DNA of 32,000 bases. It comes from Nostoc punctiforme PCC 73102. GTDB taxonomy: Bacteria > Cyanobacteriota > Cyanobacteriia > Cyanobacteriales > Nostocaceae. Below, piece by piece: positions 1-8,801 of this stretch. The number at the start of each line of letters is the position of its first letter. Position 1 is the first letter of the stretch. A program made the position numbers and the translations under genes. Where the stretch lies: positions 5,340,001 to 5,372,000 of the forward strand of contig NC_010628.1 in the NCBI RefSeq assembly GCF_000020025.1, read 5' to 3'. The notes under the pieces are model-generated. The model saw only the letters and a list, made by a program, of their open reading frames with translations, was not told the origin of the DNA and did not search any database.

Positions 1-2
1 TC

Positions 3-122
3 AACGCAGTGCGTAAAGATGAAGATTGGCAAAGCATTGCCAGAACTCCCCTATTAGTCGTTGTTGCTGTTACTATTGCTGATGTACTCACACGCTTTGT
101 AATTGGCGATAGCAGTAAATAA
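3..122 (+). CDS. 3' end of a membrane protein gene (partial, runs off the window); possibly the pilin/VirB2-position gene
   Basis: The frame is open from the window edge to TAA at 120-122. It translates to NAVRKDEDWQSIARTPLLVVVAVTIADVLTRFVIGDSSK*, which contains one hydrophobic helix. It lies directly upstream of the VirB3-like/VirB4-like pair, where virB2/trbC sits in virB/trb operons. The function is a positional inference only. Confidence 0.35.
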   Translation, partial: NAVRKDEDWQSIARTPLLVVVAVTIADVLTRFVIGDSSK

Positions 123-136
123 TTCAGATATTTCAA

Positions 137-514
137 ATGTCTCAAGAGCGGGAACAAGAATTTCGTCCAGTTAATCAGGTTCTGGGAAGCCAACCTTCTC
201 TAGGGCCCATCCCTGCCGATCAAATTCTTCCTTGGACGGTGATTGCCTTAGCCTCCTACTTTATTATCAATGGAATTTTTGGGGGTCTTTTCCAAGAAGA
301 ATTTCAAAAATGGTTGTGGACAGTACTAATGACTGGTTGGGGAATAGGAACCTGGTGGATTTTAACTGGTGGTAGGAGTTGGAGTTTTTTAAGTAAATTT
401 ATTGGCGTTCCCGCTTGGACAAGAGGCTTTGCTCGTTATCAAAGCTTACTGGAAGTTAACCATGAAGCAAAAAATCGGAAAACAAAGCGTCGGCATCGCC
501 GGAAACGAAAGTAG
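137..514 (+). CDS. small two-TM inner-membrane protein, VirB3/TrbD-like by size, topology and position
   Basis: This is a 125-aa ORF with two hydrophobic helices (ILPWTVIALASYFIINGIFGGLF and WLWTVLMTGWGIGTWWILTG). It lies immediately 5' of, and overlaps, the VirB4-like ATPase gene. The C-terminal tail is polybasic (NRKTKRRHRRKRK). No sequence-level family match could be verified by eye. Confidence 0.55.
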   Translation: MSQEREQEFRPVNQVLGSQPSLGPIPADQILPWTVIALASYFIINGIFGGLFQEEFQKWLWTVLMTGWGIGTWWILTGGRSWSFLSKFIGVPAWTRGFARYQSLLEVNHEAKNRKTKRRHRRKRK

Positions 515-3209
515 ATTAACACCATTTGAAGATGCCTTACACTTGGCGACAATGTTACGTGTCGCTATGAATGGACGCGATATTGGTGCATACCTTTTGA
601 CAAAAGGCACTCAAAAAGATCGGTTTTGCTTTGTTTTTGGTTTTGACTGTAAGGGAATTCATACTACCTTAAGACCCGAACAAATCGATACACTTTTTAA
701 TAACATTGAAGCTGGATTAAAAGATATCCCTAGCGGTGAAAGAATGACACTGCACTTGGGATCTTTTAGCTCCGACAAAGAGCGCCAAAAAGAATTAGCA
801 TCACTAATCAAAAATGCGCCATCACGAGATATCAAATACTTGTTGATGGCAGAAAGAGCCAGAGTCAAAGAACTGACTGTTTCTGGTGTTCGCAAGCCAA
901 AATTTTTGCGGATTTATGTCACCTACACCATTGAATCTAACTCACAACATGCAGATGATTGGATAGAGAAGCTTTTAGTCAAAGCTGAATCATGGTGGTT
1001 GAAATTCAAAGGTGAACTCTCAGAAGTAGAAAATCAGCGCATCGAAACCCTAATCACAAATGCTTACAAGCAGGGTTTTCTGCGTTGGGAACAGATTTTA
1101 TCTAATCAAATGGGATTGGATATCAAACCTTTGACAGCAGATGAACTCTGGAAAGAGGTCTGGAAAAGGTTTAATGATACAGAGGCAATAGAGATTCCTC
1201 AGTTGATGACATTAGATGAACAAGGACTGCACGAGCAAGTCAATTCAGATTTAGCTAGTACTAAATTGCTCATAGACAATATCCACGGCACAACTTTGCT
1301 GATGGAGTCTAGCGTACCTTGTGCCGATCGCCGTTGGGTTAATGTTAACAATCGTTATATTGGCGCACTGTCATTTCTCGAAAAACCCGGAGGTTGGCCA
1401 AATAAATCTTCCCAACTGCGATATTTATGGGAATTATTGGCCAGAGAAAGAGTAGCAGATACAGAGATTTTTTGTGAGTTGACTGCCGCAAATCCAGCAA
1501 TGGTAAAAACGACTTTGCAACGAGTGCTGAAGCAGTCAAACATGACGACAATCATGGCTCAAGAAAAAAGTAAAACCATTGATGTTAACGCTCAATTGAA
1601 GCTGAAGAAATCGGTAGCGGCGCAAGAACAATTATTTGAAGGTGCAGTCCCGATTTATACGAGTATTGCTATTTTGGTACACCGTCCAACTGTTGAAAAA
1701 TTAGATGAGGCAATAAGGTATATTGAAAACTGTTTTCAACGTCCAGCAAGGGTAATTAGGGAAACTGAATATGCCTGGAAAATTTGGCTGCAAACTCTAC
1801 CAATAGTTTGGGAAGGTTTATTAGCAACACCTTTTAACCGTCGTCAGCTATATTTAACCAGTGAAGTTCCTGGATTAATGCCTTTAGTTTTAACTAAACG
1901 GGGTGACAAAGAAGGCTTTGAATTGATTGCCGAAGAAGGCGGAACACCGGTACATTTAGATTTGTTTAATCAACACAAAAACTTAGCTTTGTTTGCAACA
2001 ACTCGTGCTGGTAAATCGGTATTAGTATCAGGGATTTTAACTCAAGCTTTGGCGCATGGCATTCCTGTAGTGGCATTAGATTTCCCTAAACCTGATGGCA
2101 CATCAACTTTCACAGACTATACAGAGTTTATGGAGGGGAATGGAGCCTATTTTGATATTTCCAAACAATCGAATAACTTATTTGAACAGCCAGATTTGCG
2201 ATCGCTAGAACCAGAACAACAGCGCGATCGCTTTAACGATTATACTGCCTTCCTAGAATCAGCTTTAATGACAATGGTTTTAGGATCGTCCACTGAAAGT
2301 CAAATTTTATCGCAAACAGTGCGATCGCTACTCAACCTAGCTTTAGAAGCCTTCTTTACAGATGAGGGCATCAAAGAGCGATATCGACAGGCGATGATGG
2401 GAGGATTCGGCACTCTGGCTTGGCAGAAAACCCCTACCTTGAAAGATTTTCTCTATTTCTGCTCGCCAGAATACTTACAGCTAGATTCTTTAAGTGGCAG
2501 AGTTGAAGACGCTCTCAGCCAAATTCAGCTACGCTTGCGGTTTTGGCTCTCTAGCCGTGTGGGACAAGCTATTTCTGCACCATCTAGCTTTCCTACTGAT
2601 GCACAACTGTTAGTTTTTGCTCTGAGAAACTTATCAGATAGTGAAGATGCAGCCGTATTATCATTGAGTGCCTATTCAGCAGCATTACGACGGGCATTAA
2701 GTAGTCCAGCTTCTATATTCTTTATTGACGAGGCACCAATTTTATTTGAATTCGAGCAAATCTCTGACTTAGTTGGCAGAATTTGTGCGAACGGTGCTAA
2801 AGCCGGTATCAGAGTCATCTTATCGGGACAAGATCCTGATACCATTGCCAAATCTAAAGCTGCATCTAAAATTTTGCAAAACTTGACAACACGACTGATT
2901 GGACGGATTCAACCAGTTGCAGTGGATAGTTTTGCAGATATCTTAAAATATCCCCGCAACATTATTTCTCGTAATGCTTCAGAAAGCTTTTTTCCCCGCA
3001 AAGAAGGTGTCTATAGCCAATGGCTATTAGATGATAACGGTATTTATACATTCTGTCGTTATTATCCAGGTTATGAACAATTGGCAGCAGTTGCTAATAA
3101 TCCCTCTGAACAAACTGCCCGGAGTAAAATGATGCAACTCCACAACAATAAATATGAAGCAATTTCTGCCTTTGCACGTCAGTTAGTGGCTACTTTACGT
3201 AGTAGTTAA
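462..3209 (+). CDS. VirB4/TrbE/TraC-family type IV secretion ATPase
   Basis: The long ORF gives 935 aa from TTG 402 or about 915 aa from ATG 462. Walker A is FATTRAGKSVLVSG, with GKS at nt 2010-2018. Walker B is IFFIDEAPILF, with DE at nt 2727-2732, followed by GIRVILSGQDPDTI. The size and the N-terminal non-ATPase domain are typical of VirB4. The start is uncertain: ATG 462 has GGAAG upstream and overlaps the previous ORF by 53 nt, and ATG 552 is the alternative. Confidence 0.85.
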   Translation: MKQKIGKQSVGIAGNESRLTPFEDALHLATMLRVAMNGRDIGAYLLTKGTQKDRFCFVFGFDCKGIHTTLRPEQIDTLFNNIEAGLKDIPSGERMTLHLGSFSSDKERQKELASLIKNAPSRDIKYLLMAERARVKELTVSGVRKPKFLRIYVTYTIESNSQHADDWIEKLLVKAESWWLKFKGELSEVENQRIETLITNAYKQGFLRWEQILSNQMGLDIKPLTADELWKEVWKRFNDTEAIEIPQLMTLDEQGLHEQVNSDLASTKLLIDNIHGTTLLMESSVPCADRRWVNVNNRYIGALSFLEKPGGWPNKSSQLRYLWELLARERVADTEIFCELTAANPAMVKTTLQRVLKQSNMTTIMAQEKSKTIDVNAQLKLKKSVAAQEQLFEGAVPIYTSIAILVHRPTVEKLDEAIRYIENCFQRPARVIRETEYAWKIWLQTLPIVWEGLLATPFNRRQLYLTSEVPGLMPLVLTKRGDKEGFELIAEEGGTPVHLDLFNQHKNLALFATTRAGKSVLVSGILTQALAHGIPVVALDFPKPDGTSTFTDYTEFMEGNGAYFDISKQSNNLFEQPDLRSLEPEQQRDRFNDYTAFLESALMTMVLGSSTESQILSQTVRSLLNLALEAFFTDEGIKERYRQAMMGGFGTLAWQKTPTLKDFLYFCSPEYLQLDSLSGRVEDALSQIQLRLRFWLSSRVGQAISAPSSFPTDAQLLVFALRNLSDSEDAAVLSLSAYSAALRRALSSPASIFFIDEAPILFEFEQISDLVGRICANGAKAGIRVILSGQDPDTIAKSKAASKILQNLTTRLIGRIQPVAVDSFADILKYPRNIISRNASESFFPRKEGVYSQWLLDDNGIYTFCRYYPGYEQLAAVANNPSEQTARSKMMQLHNNKYEAISAFARQLVATLRSS
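2198..2328. repeat. three HIP1 octamers (GCGATCGC) within 131 bp, inside the ATPase gene
   Basis: Exact GCGATCGC occurs at 2198-2205, 2224-2231 and 2321-2328. Further exact copies are at 5565, 8152, 8596, 10833, 27058, 27739 and 30006, among many others across the window. Confidence 0.95.
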
Positions 3210-3453
3210 TCGTGGAGTTGATCGTGAGTAAAGACCTGATTATGGGGCGAACATTTCGGTCGCCCGTAAGTAAAGGCGGACAAGATATTCACCCCAAAGA
3301 TATAGTTCCACATTTAACTTGGTTAGGGCGCTCATAGTGCCCAACCCACAAGAATTTAATTTTGTTTTGTAACTTAGTAATTTCTTTCTTGTAAATCCCT
3401 AAATCATACTTACAGCAAACTTAATTGCGTCTACCTTTTTCAGGTACATAAAT

Positions 3454-4269
3454 ATGAGAAAAACTACCATTTTTACTTTGACATTGCTATCTTTAGCAAT
3501 CCTACCAGCAATGGCACAAATTCAGACGGGCGGATTAGGCCAGGTTTGGACTGATTTTCAATCATATTCCACAGATTTGCAAAACTACCTTCAATATAAT
3601 CTGAGCGACAACTTAAAGCCTGTAGAAGTACAGAGTCAAAATGCTCTGAGTAATGCCAGAGGAGAATTGAATATACCTAACCCTGTTATGGCTGGACAAA
3701 GAGTTCGTGATAATTTGATTCTCTACTCTTCTAATTCTGACTCCAGAGCGAGTCGCTTTGAGAATAATTCAGCAGTGCGGGGAAATTTAGTTAGTAATGA
3801 ACTCAGTCGGGTAATTACCCGTGGAGTAGCGGTAGGGATTCTTGGCGAAAAGGGACAAATTCGGACAAAATCAAAGTTAGAAAATACTGAAGAAAGTCTG
3901 AAAAATATTGCGGGATTTGCCGATACAGCCGAGCAAAAGAGCCAAGATTTGCTAAATAAAATTCCCATTCCCAGTATTGATATATCTAAACTTGATCCAG
4001 CCACTGCGGTTTTAGCACAATTATTAAATGTCAATCAATCACAAACTATAAAAATCCAAGAGGAACAATCGAAAATTGTAGGTGAAACATTTGCTCAGAC
4101 AATACAAATGAATCAGTCTTTGCAGTACTCTAATTTAAACTTGGCAAATATTTCCCAGCAGTCAGAAGAAGCAAATCGCGCTCGGAGAGTAGAAACATCT
4201 ACCGAAGCCGCACGACTTTTGCGGGCGACTTCTCAACTAGATTTGTTTGGCAGAAAGCTTAATAAGTGA
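3454..4269 (+). CDS. secreted protein of unknown function, in the VirB5/TrbJ position
   Basis: The 271-aa ORF has a clear Sec signal peptide (MRKTTIFTLTLLSLAILPAMA/QIQ). The remainder is hydrophilic, rich in N/Q/S/E and probably helical. It lies between the VirB4-like and VirB6-like genes, as trbJ/virB5 does. Assignment is by position and size only. Confidence 0.7.
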   Translation: MRKTTIFTLTLLSLAILPAMAQIQTGGLGQVWTDFQSYSTDLQNYLQYNLSDNLKPVEVQSQNALSNARGELNIPNPVMAGQRVRDNLILYSSNSDSRASRFENNSAVRGNLVSNELSRVITRGVAVGILGEKGQIRTKSKLENTEESLKNIAGFADTAEQKSQDLLNKIPIPSIDISKLDPATAVLAQLLNVNQSQTIKIQEEQSKIVGETFAQTIQMNQSLQYSNLNLANISQQSEEANRARRVETSTEAARLLRATSQLDLFGRKLNK

Positions 4270-4342
4270 AATTTAAAATTGAGAAATCTCAATTCTTCTG
4301 ATTCTAGAAAATACTTTTTTAAAAGACAGTTAGTTAACTAAC

Positions 4343-5392
4343 ATGCAATTTGCTATTCAACAAATTTTTGCCCAAGTAGGCATCGATGAGATTCTCGATA
4401 ATGGTGCCGCAACCTCTCAAAGTATTGCCGAAGGTTGGGACAAACAATGGCTGGATTTATTGCAAAATAACACCAGTAATAACTTGTATGGAGCGCTGAC
4501 AAATCTGGGTATTTTTTTTGCGGTAGGAACCCTGTTGTTTTTCATGATACAATTCCTCAAAGACTTACTATCCTACGAATATACTCGTCCCATATCAGCT
4601 TTAATTTGGCCTTTTATTGTAGTGATCCTCTTAAGTAATTCAGCCAATGGAAGTATTCTTTCTAATCTGACACTAGGAGTGCGGAATTTTCTAAACACTG
4701 TGAATCAGCAAGTAGTGGTATCAGCAGACGCAGACAAAATGTACCAGCAAGCACTGAATATGAGTGTTGCCGAAGAAGTAGCTGGCTCTTTGCTGCGTCC
4801 TTGTCAATCACTGACTGGCGAACAACAAAGTCAATGCTTTGTCAAAGCTGCCGAAAAAGTTAACATTCTTTGGCAAAAATATAGAGATATATATGGAAAT
4901 AAAAATTGGATAATTAGACTACAAACTAAGGTAGATAATATTAGATATGGCACTGGCATTGTATCAGAAACCTCATTTAATTCTTTGTTAGGTTCTACAG
5001 TCCAAACGAGTATCAAAAACTTTTTAGTTTCGTTACAATATGCCTTCCAAAATTTGATAGAAGCTACGATGTTGCTGATAGCATCTTTAGGACCAATAGC
5101 TGTAGGTGGGTCTTTACTACCTGTAGCGGGGAAACCAATCTTCGCATGGCTGACTGGATTTTTATCTATTGGAATCGCCAAGATTTCATTCAATATTATT
5201 GCGGTGCTAACTGCCGCAGTTATTGTCAATGGGCCAGGTCAAGATGCTAATGTTGATCCAGATTTAATGTGGTTCATTATTTTTCTAGGGATTTTAGCAC
5301 CACTTTTATCCTTACTTGTAGCTGCGGCTGGCGGTTTTGCAGTCTTCAGTGCTATCAGCAATACGGCTTCTTTAGTGAAGGAGAGGATATAA
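4343..5392 (+). CDS. polytopic inner-membrane protein, VirB6/TrbL-like topology
   Basis: The 349-aa ORF has about 5 hydrophobic helices. Two are N-terminal (LGIFFAVGTLLFFMIQFL and ISALIWPFIVVILLS). A soluble loop of about 130 aa follows, then three C-terminal helices (MLLIASLGPIAVGG, FAWLTGFLSIGIAKISFNIIAVLTAAVIV and LMWFIIFLGILAPLLSLLVAAAGGFAVF). The position matches trbL/virB6. Confidence 0.7.
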   Translation: MQFAIQQIFAQVGIDEILDNGAATSQSIAEGWDKQWLDLLQNNTSNNLYGALTNLGIFFAVGTLLFFMIQFLKDLLSYEYTRPISALIWPFIVVILLSNSANGSILSNLTLGVRNFLNTVNQQVVVSADADKMYQQALNMSVAEEVAGSLLRPCQSLTGEQQSQCFVKAAEKVNILWQKYRDIYGNKNWIIRLQTKVDNIRYGTGIVSETSFNSLLGSTVQTSIKNFLVSLQYAFQNLIEATMLLIASLGPIAVGGSLLPVAGKPIFAWLTGFLSIGIAKISFNIIAVLTAAVIVNGPGQDANVDPDLMWFIIFLGILAPLLSLLVAAAGGFAVFSAISNTASLVKERI

Positions 5393-5510
5393 GTAACTCA
5401 AAATTTTCAAAGAATAATCTATCTAAGTATTGGCTATTTTCCTGACTGCTGACTATACGCAAATCATCATATATAATAGCTGAAGTTTTTTTGCAGGAGG
5501 AGATAAATAA

Positions 5511-6335
5511 ATGGTGCGTCTACTAGAAAAAAGACAAAGAACGGGAAGTGTTTTGACAATTTTTGCGATCGCGTCCTTCAGTTTACATGTATTAGTTTTA
5601 CTTTTATTCATATTCCAAGGGCTAAATATTCGCCAACTCAGTCTGAGAAAACCTCCCAACTTTGTGCAATTAATAGATGGTAAACCAGTAGGCAATATTG
5701 ATGATTTAGCAAGAGAACCAGAAGCAATTCGCCGATTCATCAGCAAAACGATGATATCAATGTTTACCTGGTCGGGAACCTTACCACCACAAAATATCGA
5801 AGAAGTTGCAAATCCTAAATCAGATTTAGGAATTCTAATTAGAACATCCCAAGGTAGTAGCCAAAAAATTAGTACTAGCACTTGGATAGCAAGTTTTGCC
5901 TTATCAGAAGACTTTCGCAAAGGTTTCTTAAGCACAGTTGCAGAAATGACCCCGCCAGAAGTTTTCTCTGAAAATCCTAACCAAGTGATGACATCACAAT
6001 TAATTATTAAGCGAGTTTATCCCCCAAAACAAATTGCACCAGGTAAGTGGCGAGTGGGGATGGTAGCCGACTTAATTCAAAAAAACCGAGTTGGTGGTGA
6101 AAAACTCGTCACTCCTTTTAACAAAGATTTCCTTGTCCGTGCAGTAGATTATTTTGGTAATCCCCAAGCCGACAATGGTACAGACTTGCAAAAAGCAATT
6201 TATAGTGTCCGCACTGATAAACTAGAAATTTATGAAATTCGTAATTTATGTTTGCTAGATGGGTATAACAACCTTAACGAAGATAATTTAAAGCAATGTG
6301 GGGCTAGACAAACCTCTGATAGCTTTATAAAATAA
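5511..6335 (+). CDS. bitopic membrane protein, VirB8/TrbF-like (paralog 1)
   Basis: The 274-aa ORF has a short basic N-terminus, one TM (VLTIFAIASFSLHVLVLLLFIF) and a soluble domain of about 230 aa. It shares the motifs LHVL.LLL.IF.G, PEAIRRF..TM....TWS, G.W.V.M, FNK..LVRA.D and LEIY with the next ORF. Confidence 0.7.
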   Translation: MVRLLEKRQRTGSVLTIFAIASFSLHVLVLLLFIFQGLNIRQLSLRKPPNFVQLIDGKPVGNIDDLAREPEAIRRFISKTMISMFTWSGTLPPQNIEEVANPKSDLGILIRTSQGSSQKISTSTWIASFALSEDFRKGFLSTVAEMTPPEVFSENPNQVMTSQLIIKRVYPPKQIAPGKWRVGMVADLIQKNRVGGEKLVTPFNKDFLVRAVDYFGNPQADNGTDLQKAIYSVRTDKLEIYEIRNLCLLDGYNNLNEDNLKQCGARQTSDSFIK

Positions 6336-6385
6336 GAGATTTTTAATTCACTGAGTCATAGTTCAATTTATATAATCAATTATTA

Positions 6386-7090
6386 ATGCAAATACTTAAA
6401 CCAGAAAACAAGAGAAATAGCCCACTACCACTGTTGGCAGTAGGAACATTTGGTTTACATGTATTAACCTTGCTTTTACTAATATTTCATGGGTCTATGT
6501 TACAACAGTTAAGTCGGCAACTTTCACCTCAAAGTTTGGTACAGCTTGTTGATGGTCGCACTATAACAGTAGACGCTCAACCAAATTTAGAGCGACAGCC
6601 AGAGGCTATTCGGCGCTTTGTGGGTGAAACGATGAGCTTAATGCTTACCTGGTCACAACAACAGCCACCTACACAAGTCTGGGAAATTACCTCTCAACTT
6701 GTAGCTGATAATTTTAAACAAAAACTTAAGTCAGAAATTACTAATTTAAATCCAGATAGTCAATTTGAAAATGTTAGTAGAGGAACTGAGAATGTATTAG
6801 TCATCCAAAAAATTTCTCAACCGAAAGAAATCAGTAAGGGAAACTGGAAAGTAGAGATGTTTGCCAATCAATTAATTTTTAGCGGTTATGATAGGTTGGG
6901 AAAATCAGTTTCATTTAATAAACAAATTTTAGTTAGAGCAATAGATGAACCAGCAACTTCACTACCAAATGCGCCACTACCGACGCACTTCGCAGCTTAC
7001 CGCCTTGGTGAAGCCAGATTAGAAATTTATAATGTCTGTGAAATCCAAGATAAAAATTGTTCTGGAAATCCCAACCAAGCTTTACCATGA
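6386..7090 (+). CDS. bitopic membrane protein, VirB8/TrbF-like (paralog 2)
   Basis: The 234-aa ORF has the same architecture and motifs as 5511-6335, but lacks an internal segment of about 35 aa. Its TGA stop (7088-7090) overlaps the next gene's ATG (7087-7089) as ATGA. Confidence 0.7.
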   Translation: MQILKPENKRNSPLPLLAVGTFGLHVLTLLLLIFHGSMLQQLSRQLSPQSLVQLVDGRTITVDAQPNLERQPEAIRRFVGETMSLMLTWSQQQPPTQVWEITSQLVADNFKQKLKSEITNLNPDSQFENVSRGTENVLVIQKISQPKEISKGNWKVEMFANQLIFSGYDRLGKSVSFNKQILVRAIDEPATSLPNAPLPTHFAAYRLGEARLEIYNVCEIQDKNCSGNPNQALP

Positions 7091-8688
7091 CTCGATACTC
7101 AACTCCTGCCCAAACGCCTCCTCAAAATGGATTTGCTCTAACCACCGACGATCGCCAACCAGAAGTAGAATCTTTTGATTGGGAATCACGGATCTCAAAG
7201 TTGGTTGGTTTTGAAGAAGAATCTTCTTCTGGCGATCTTCAAGGATCGGAAGACTCTGCAATGCCGCAAGAGTCGCTTTCTCAACCACAAGAAGTTCAGA
7301 CTAAGCCACCCTTATCATCTAATCCCTTTGCAAAATTAGGCTTGGTAGGGGCTGCTACTTTAGCGATCGTTTTGGTGGGTGGTGTGTTTTTGTCCCAGTT
7401 GATGGGTACCAGCAATCAGAAGCCAAAAAATATTGTTTCCCCACCGGTGCGTGAGCAACCAATTAATGAATCGACCTCTCAACAGCTAGCAGTCGAAGTA
7501 GATACTCTGAAAACGAAATTAGCCCTGACTGAACAAGCACAGTTGGTAAGAGCCGCCCAACAACAACTCAGAATTGCCAAATCAACACCTAAAGTAGCCC
7601 TACGAGAACCATCAGTTTCTTCCAGAGGTACACAGAAAGTGATCCCAACACCCCCACCAATAGCTTACGCACCTCGAACAGTGACAGTTGAGCGCATTGT
7701 TAAAGTACCTGCTTCTCAACTGCCATCACCCCAACTACCAGTTGTGAAGCCAAACACTCAACCCGTAGTTAATATTGCTCCACCAGCTCCACCAAACCCA
7801 TTTGAAGAGTGGGCAAAATTATCAAAGTTAGGTAGCTACGGTCAAGTAAATGCCAACGATCAACCTAATAACACGGTAGCTGCTTCTGAACCTCCAAACA
7901 ATCCACAGCCGCAGCAACAGACACAAACCCCCAATCCTGAGCAAACTCCACAACAGCAAACTCCTGCTCCTCTAGTCAGTCAAGCGCAACAGCAGGGACA
8001 GAAATCTGTAGCAGTAGGAAGTAGTGCTAAAGCTGTTTTGGCGACGGCAATATTTGGGGAAACTACCAAGTCAGGCGGCGGTGGTGATACAGGTGAACAG
8101 AAAAACGTATTTGTGATCCGATTAAAAGAACCGCTAAAATCTACCGATGGTGCGATCGCTCTACCTGCAAATACCGAATTTCTAACTGAAATTAGCTCCC
8201 TCTCCGAACAAGGTCTTTTGCAGATGAACGTAGTCAAAGTTGTCTCGCAAAATAACGGCAACCCGATAGAACGAAGCTTACCCAACAATGCAATTATTAT
8301 TCGCGCTAGCCAAGGTAAACCTTTAATCGCAAATAAATTTCCCAGTCAAGGTTCGTCCATAGCATCGATGGATTTAGGACTATTCGTCTTGGGAGGTATT
8401 GGGAAAGCAGCAGAGTTAATAAATCGTAGTGATACTGAACTCCAACCACTTACTTCACAAACTACCGTTGACGGCAACACCAGTAGCAGTACAACTCTTA
8501 CTACTGTCACTAAAAACAGACGCGATATCGCAGCCGGGGTTGTAGAAGGTGGTTTGAACTCTGTAGTCCCCCAAATTGCCCAACGTAATCAACAGGCGAT
8601 CGCCCAAATGTCCCAGCAAACGAATATTTGGTTTTTGCCAGCCGGCACAAATATTGAAATATACGTTAATCAAGTAACTCAGTTTTAA
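7087..8688 (+). CDS. VirB10/TrbI-like protein with a long Pro/Gln-rich spacer
   Basis: ATG 7087 is chosen because of the ATGA coupling; the ORF track starts at 7057. The N-terminus is acidic and cytoplasmic, followed by a single TM (LGLVGAATLAIVLVGGVFLSQLM). An extended P/Q-rich region follows (PTPPPIAYAP...PPAPPNP...PQPQQQTQTPNPEQTPQQQTPAP). The C-terminal domain resembles the TrbI/VirB10 pattern (VGSSAKAVLATAIFGET...IALPANTEFLTEISS..GLLQMNVVKVV). Confidence 0.7.
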   Translation: MTRYSTPAQTPPQNGFALTTDDRQPEVESFDWESRISKLVGFEEESSSGDLQGSEDSAMPQESLSQPQEVQTKPPLSSNPFAKLGLVGAATLAIVLVGGVFLSQLMGTSNQKPKNIVSPPVREQPINESTSQQLAVEVDTLKTKLALTEQAQLVRAAQQQLRIAKSTPKVALREPSVSSRGTQKVIPTPPPIAYAPRTVTVERIVKVPASQLPSPQLPVVKPNTQPVVNIAPPAPPNPFEEWAKLSKLGSYGQVNANDQPNNTVAASEPPNNPQPQQQTQTPNPEQTPQQQTPAPLVSQAQQQGQKSVAVGSSAKAVLATAIFGETTKSGGGGDTGEQKNVFVIRLKEPLKSTDGAIALPANTEFLTEISSLSEQGLLQMNVVKVVSQNNGNPIERSLPNNAIIIRASQGKPLIANKFPSQGSSIASMDLGLFVLGGIGKAAELINRSDTELQPLTSQTTVDGNTSSSTTLTTVTKNRRDIAAGVVEGGLNSVVPQIAQRNQQAIAQMSQQTNIWFLPAGTNIEIYVNQVTQF

Positions 8689-8801
8689 GAGGTAGGATTT
8701 ATACAAATTTTAAATTTGGATTGGGTAAGGTAATTAAGTAATTAGTTTTCTTGCCATCTTCCCTATTTTCACCTATTCAATTAATCTCCTAATTTGCAAC
8801 C

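Noticed and set aside
402-461. The TTG start at 402 for the VirB4-like ATPase, as used by the ORF track.
   Set aside because: It would overlap the preceding ORF by 113 nt and has no RBS. ATG 462 (GGAAG upstream) or ATG 552 is more plausible. The start remains uncertain.
3210-3453. A short GC hairpin (GGGCGA-N9-TCGCCC, about 3244-3264) after the ATPase gene, considered as a possible terminator or as the site of a small VirB7-like ORF.
   Set aside because: The stem is only 6 bp with no following U-tract, and no convincing small lipoprotein ORF (lipobox) was found in the gap. The genes on both sides appear to belong to one co-directional block.
7057-7086. An upstream ATG at 7057 for the VirB10-like gene.
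   Set aside because: ATG 7087 forms an ATGA stop-start overlap with the previous gene, a typical coupling arrangement. The extra 10 codons (MFWKSQPSFT) would lie inside the preceding CDS.
659-8706. ORFs lying antisense to or overlapping the T4SS-like genes (659-895, 1345-1551, 1355-1555, 3723-4034, 4831-5229, 5453-5935, 7082-7288, 7980-8288 and 8455-8706, all on the minus strand).
   Set aside because: Each is much shorter than the overlapping plus-strand ORF, which has clear protein features (signal peptides, TM helices, Walker motifs). None has a supporting motif.
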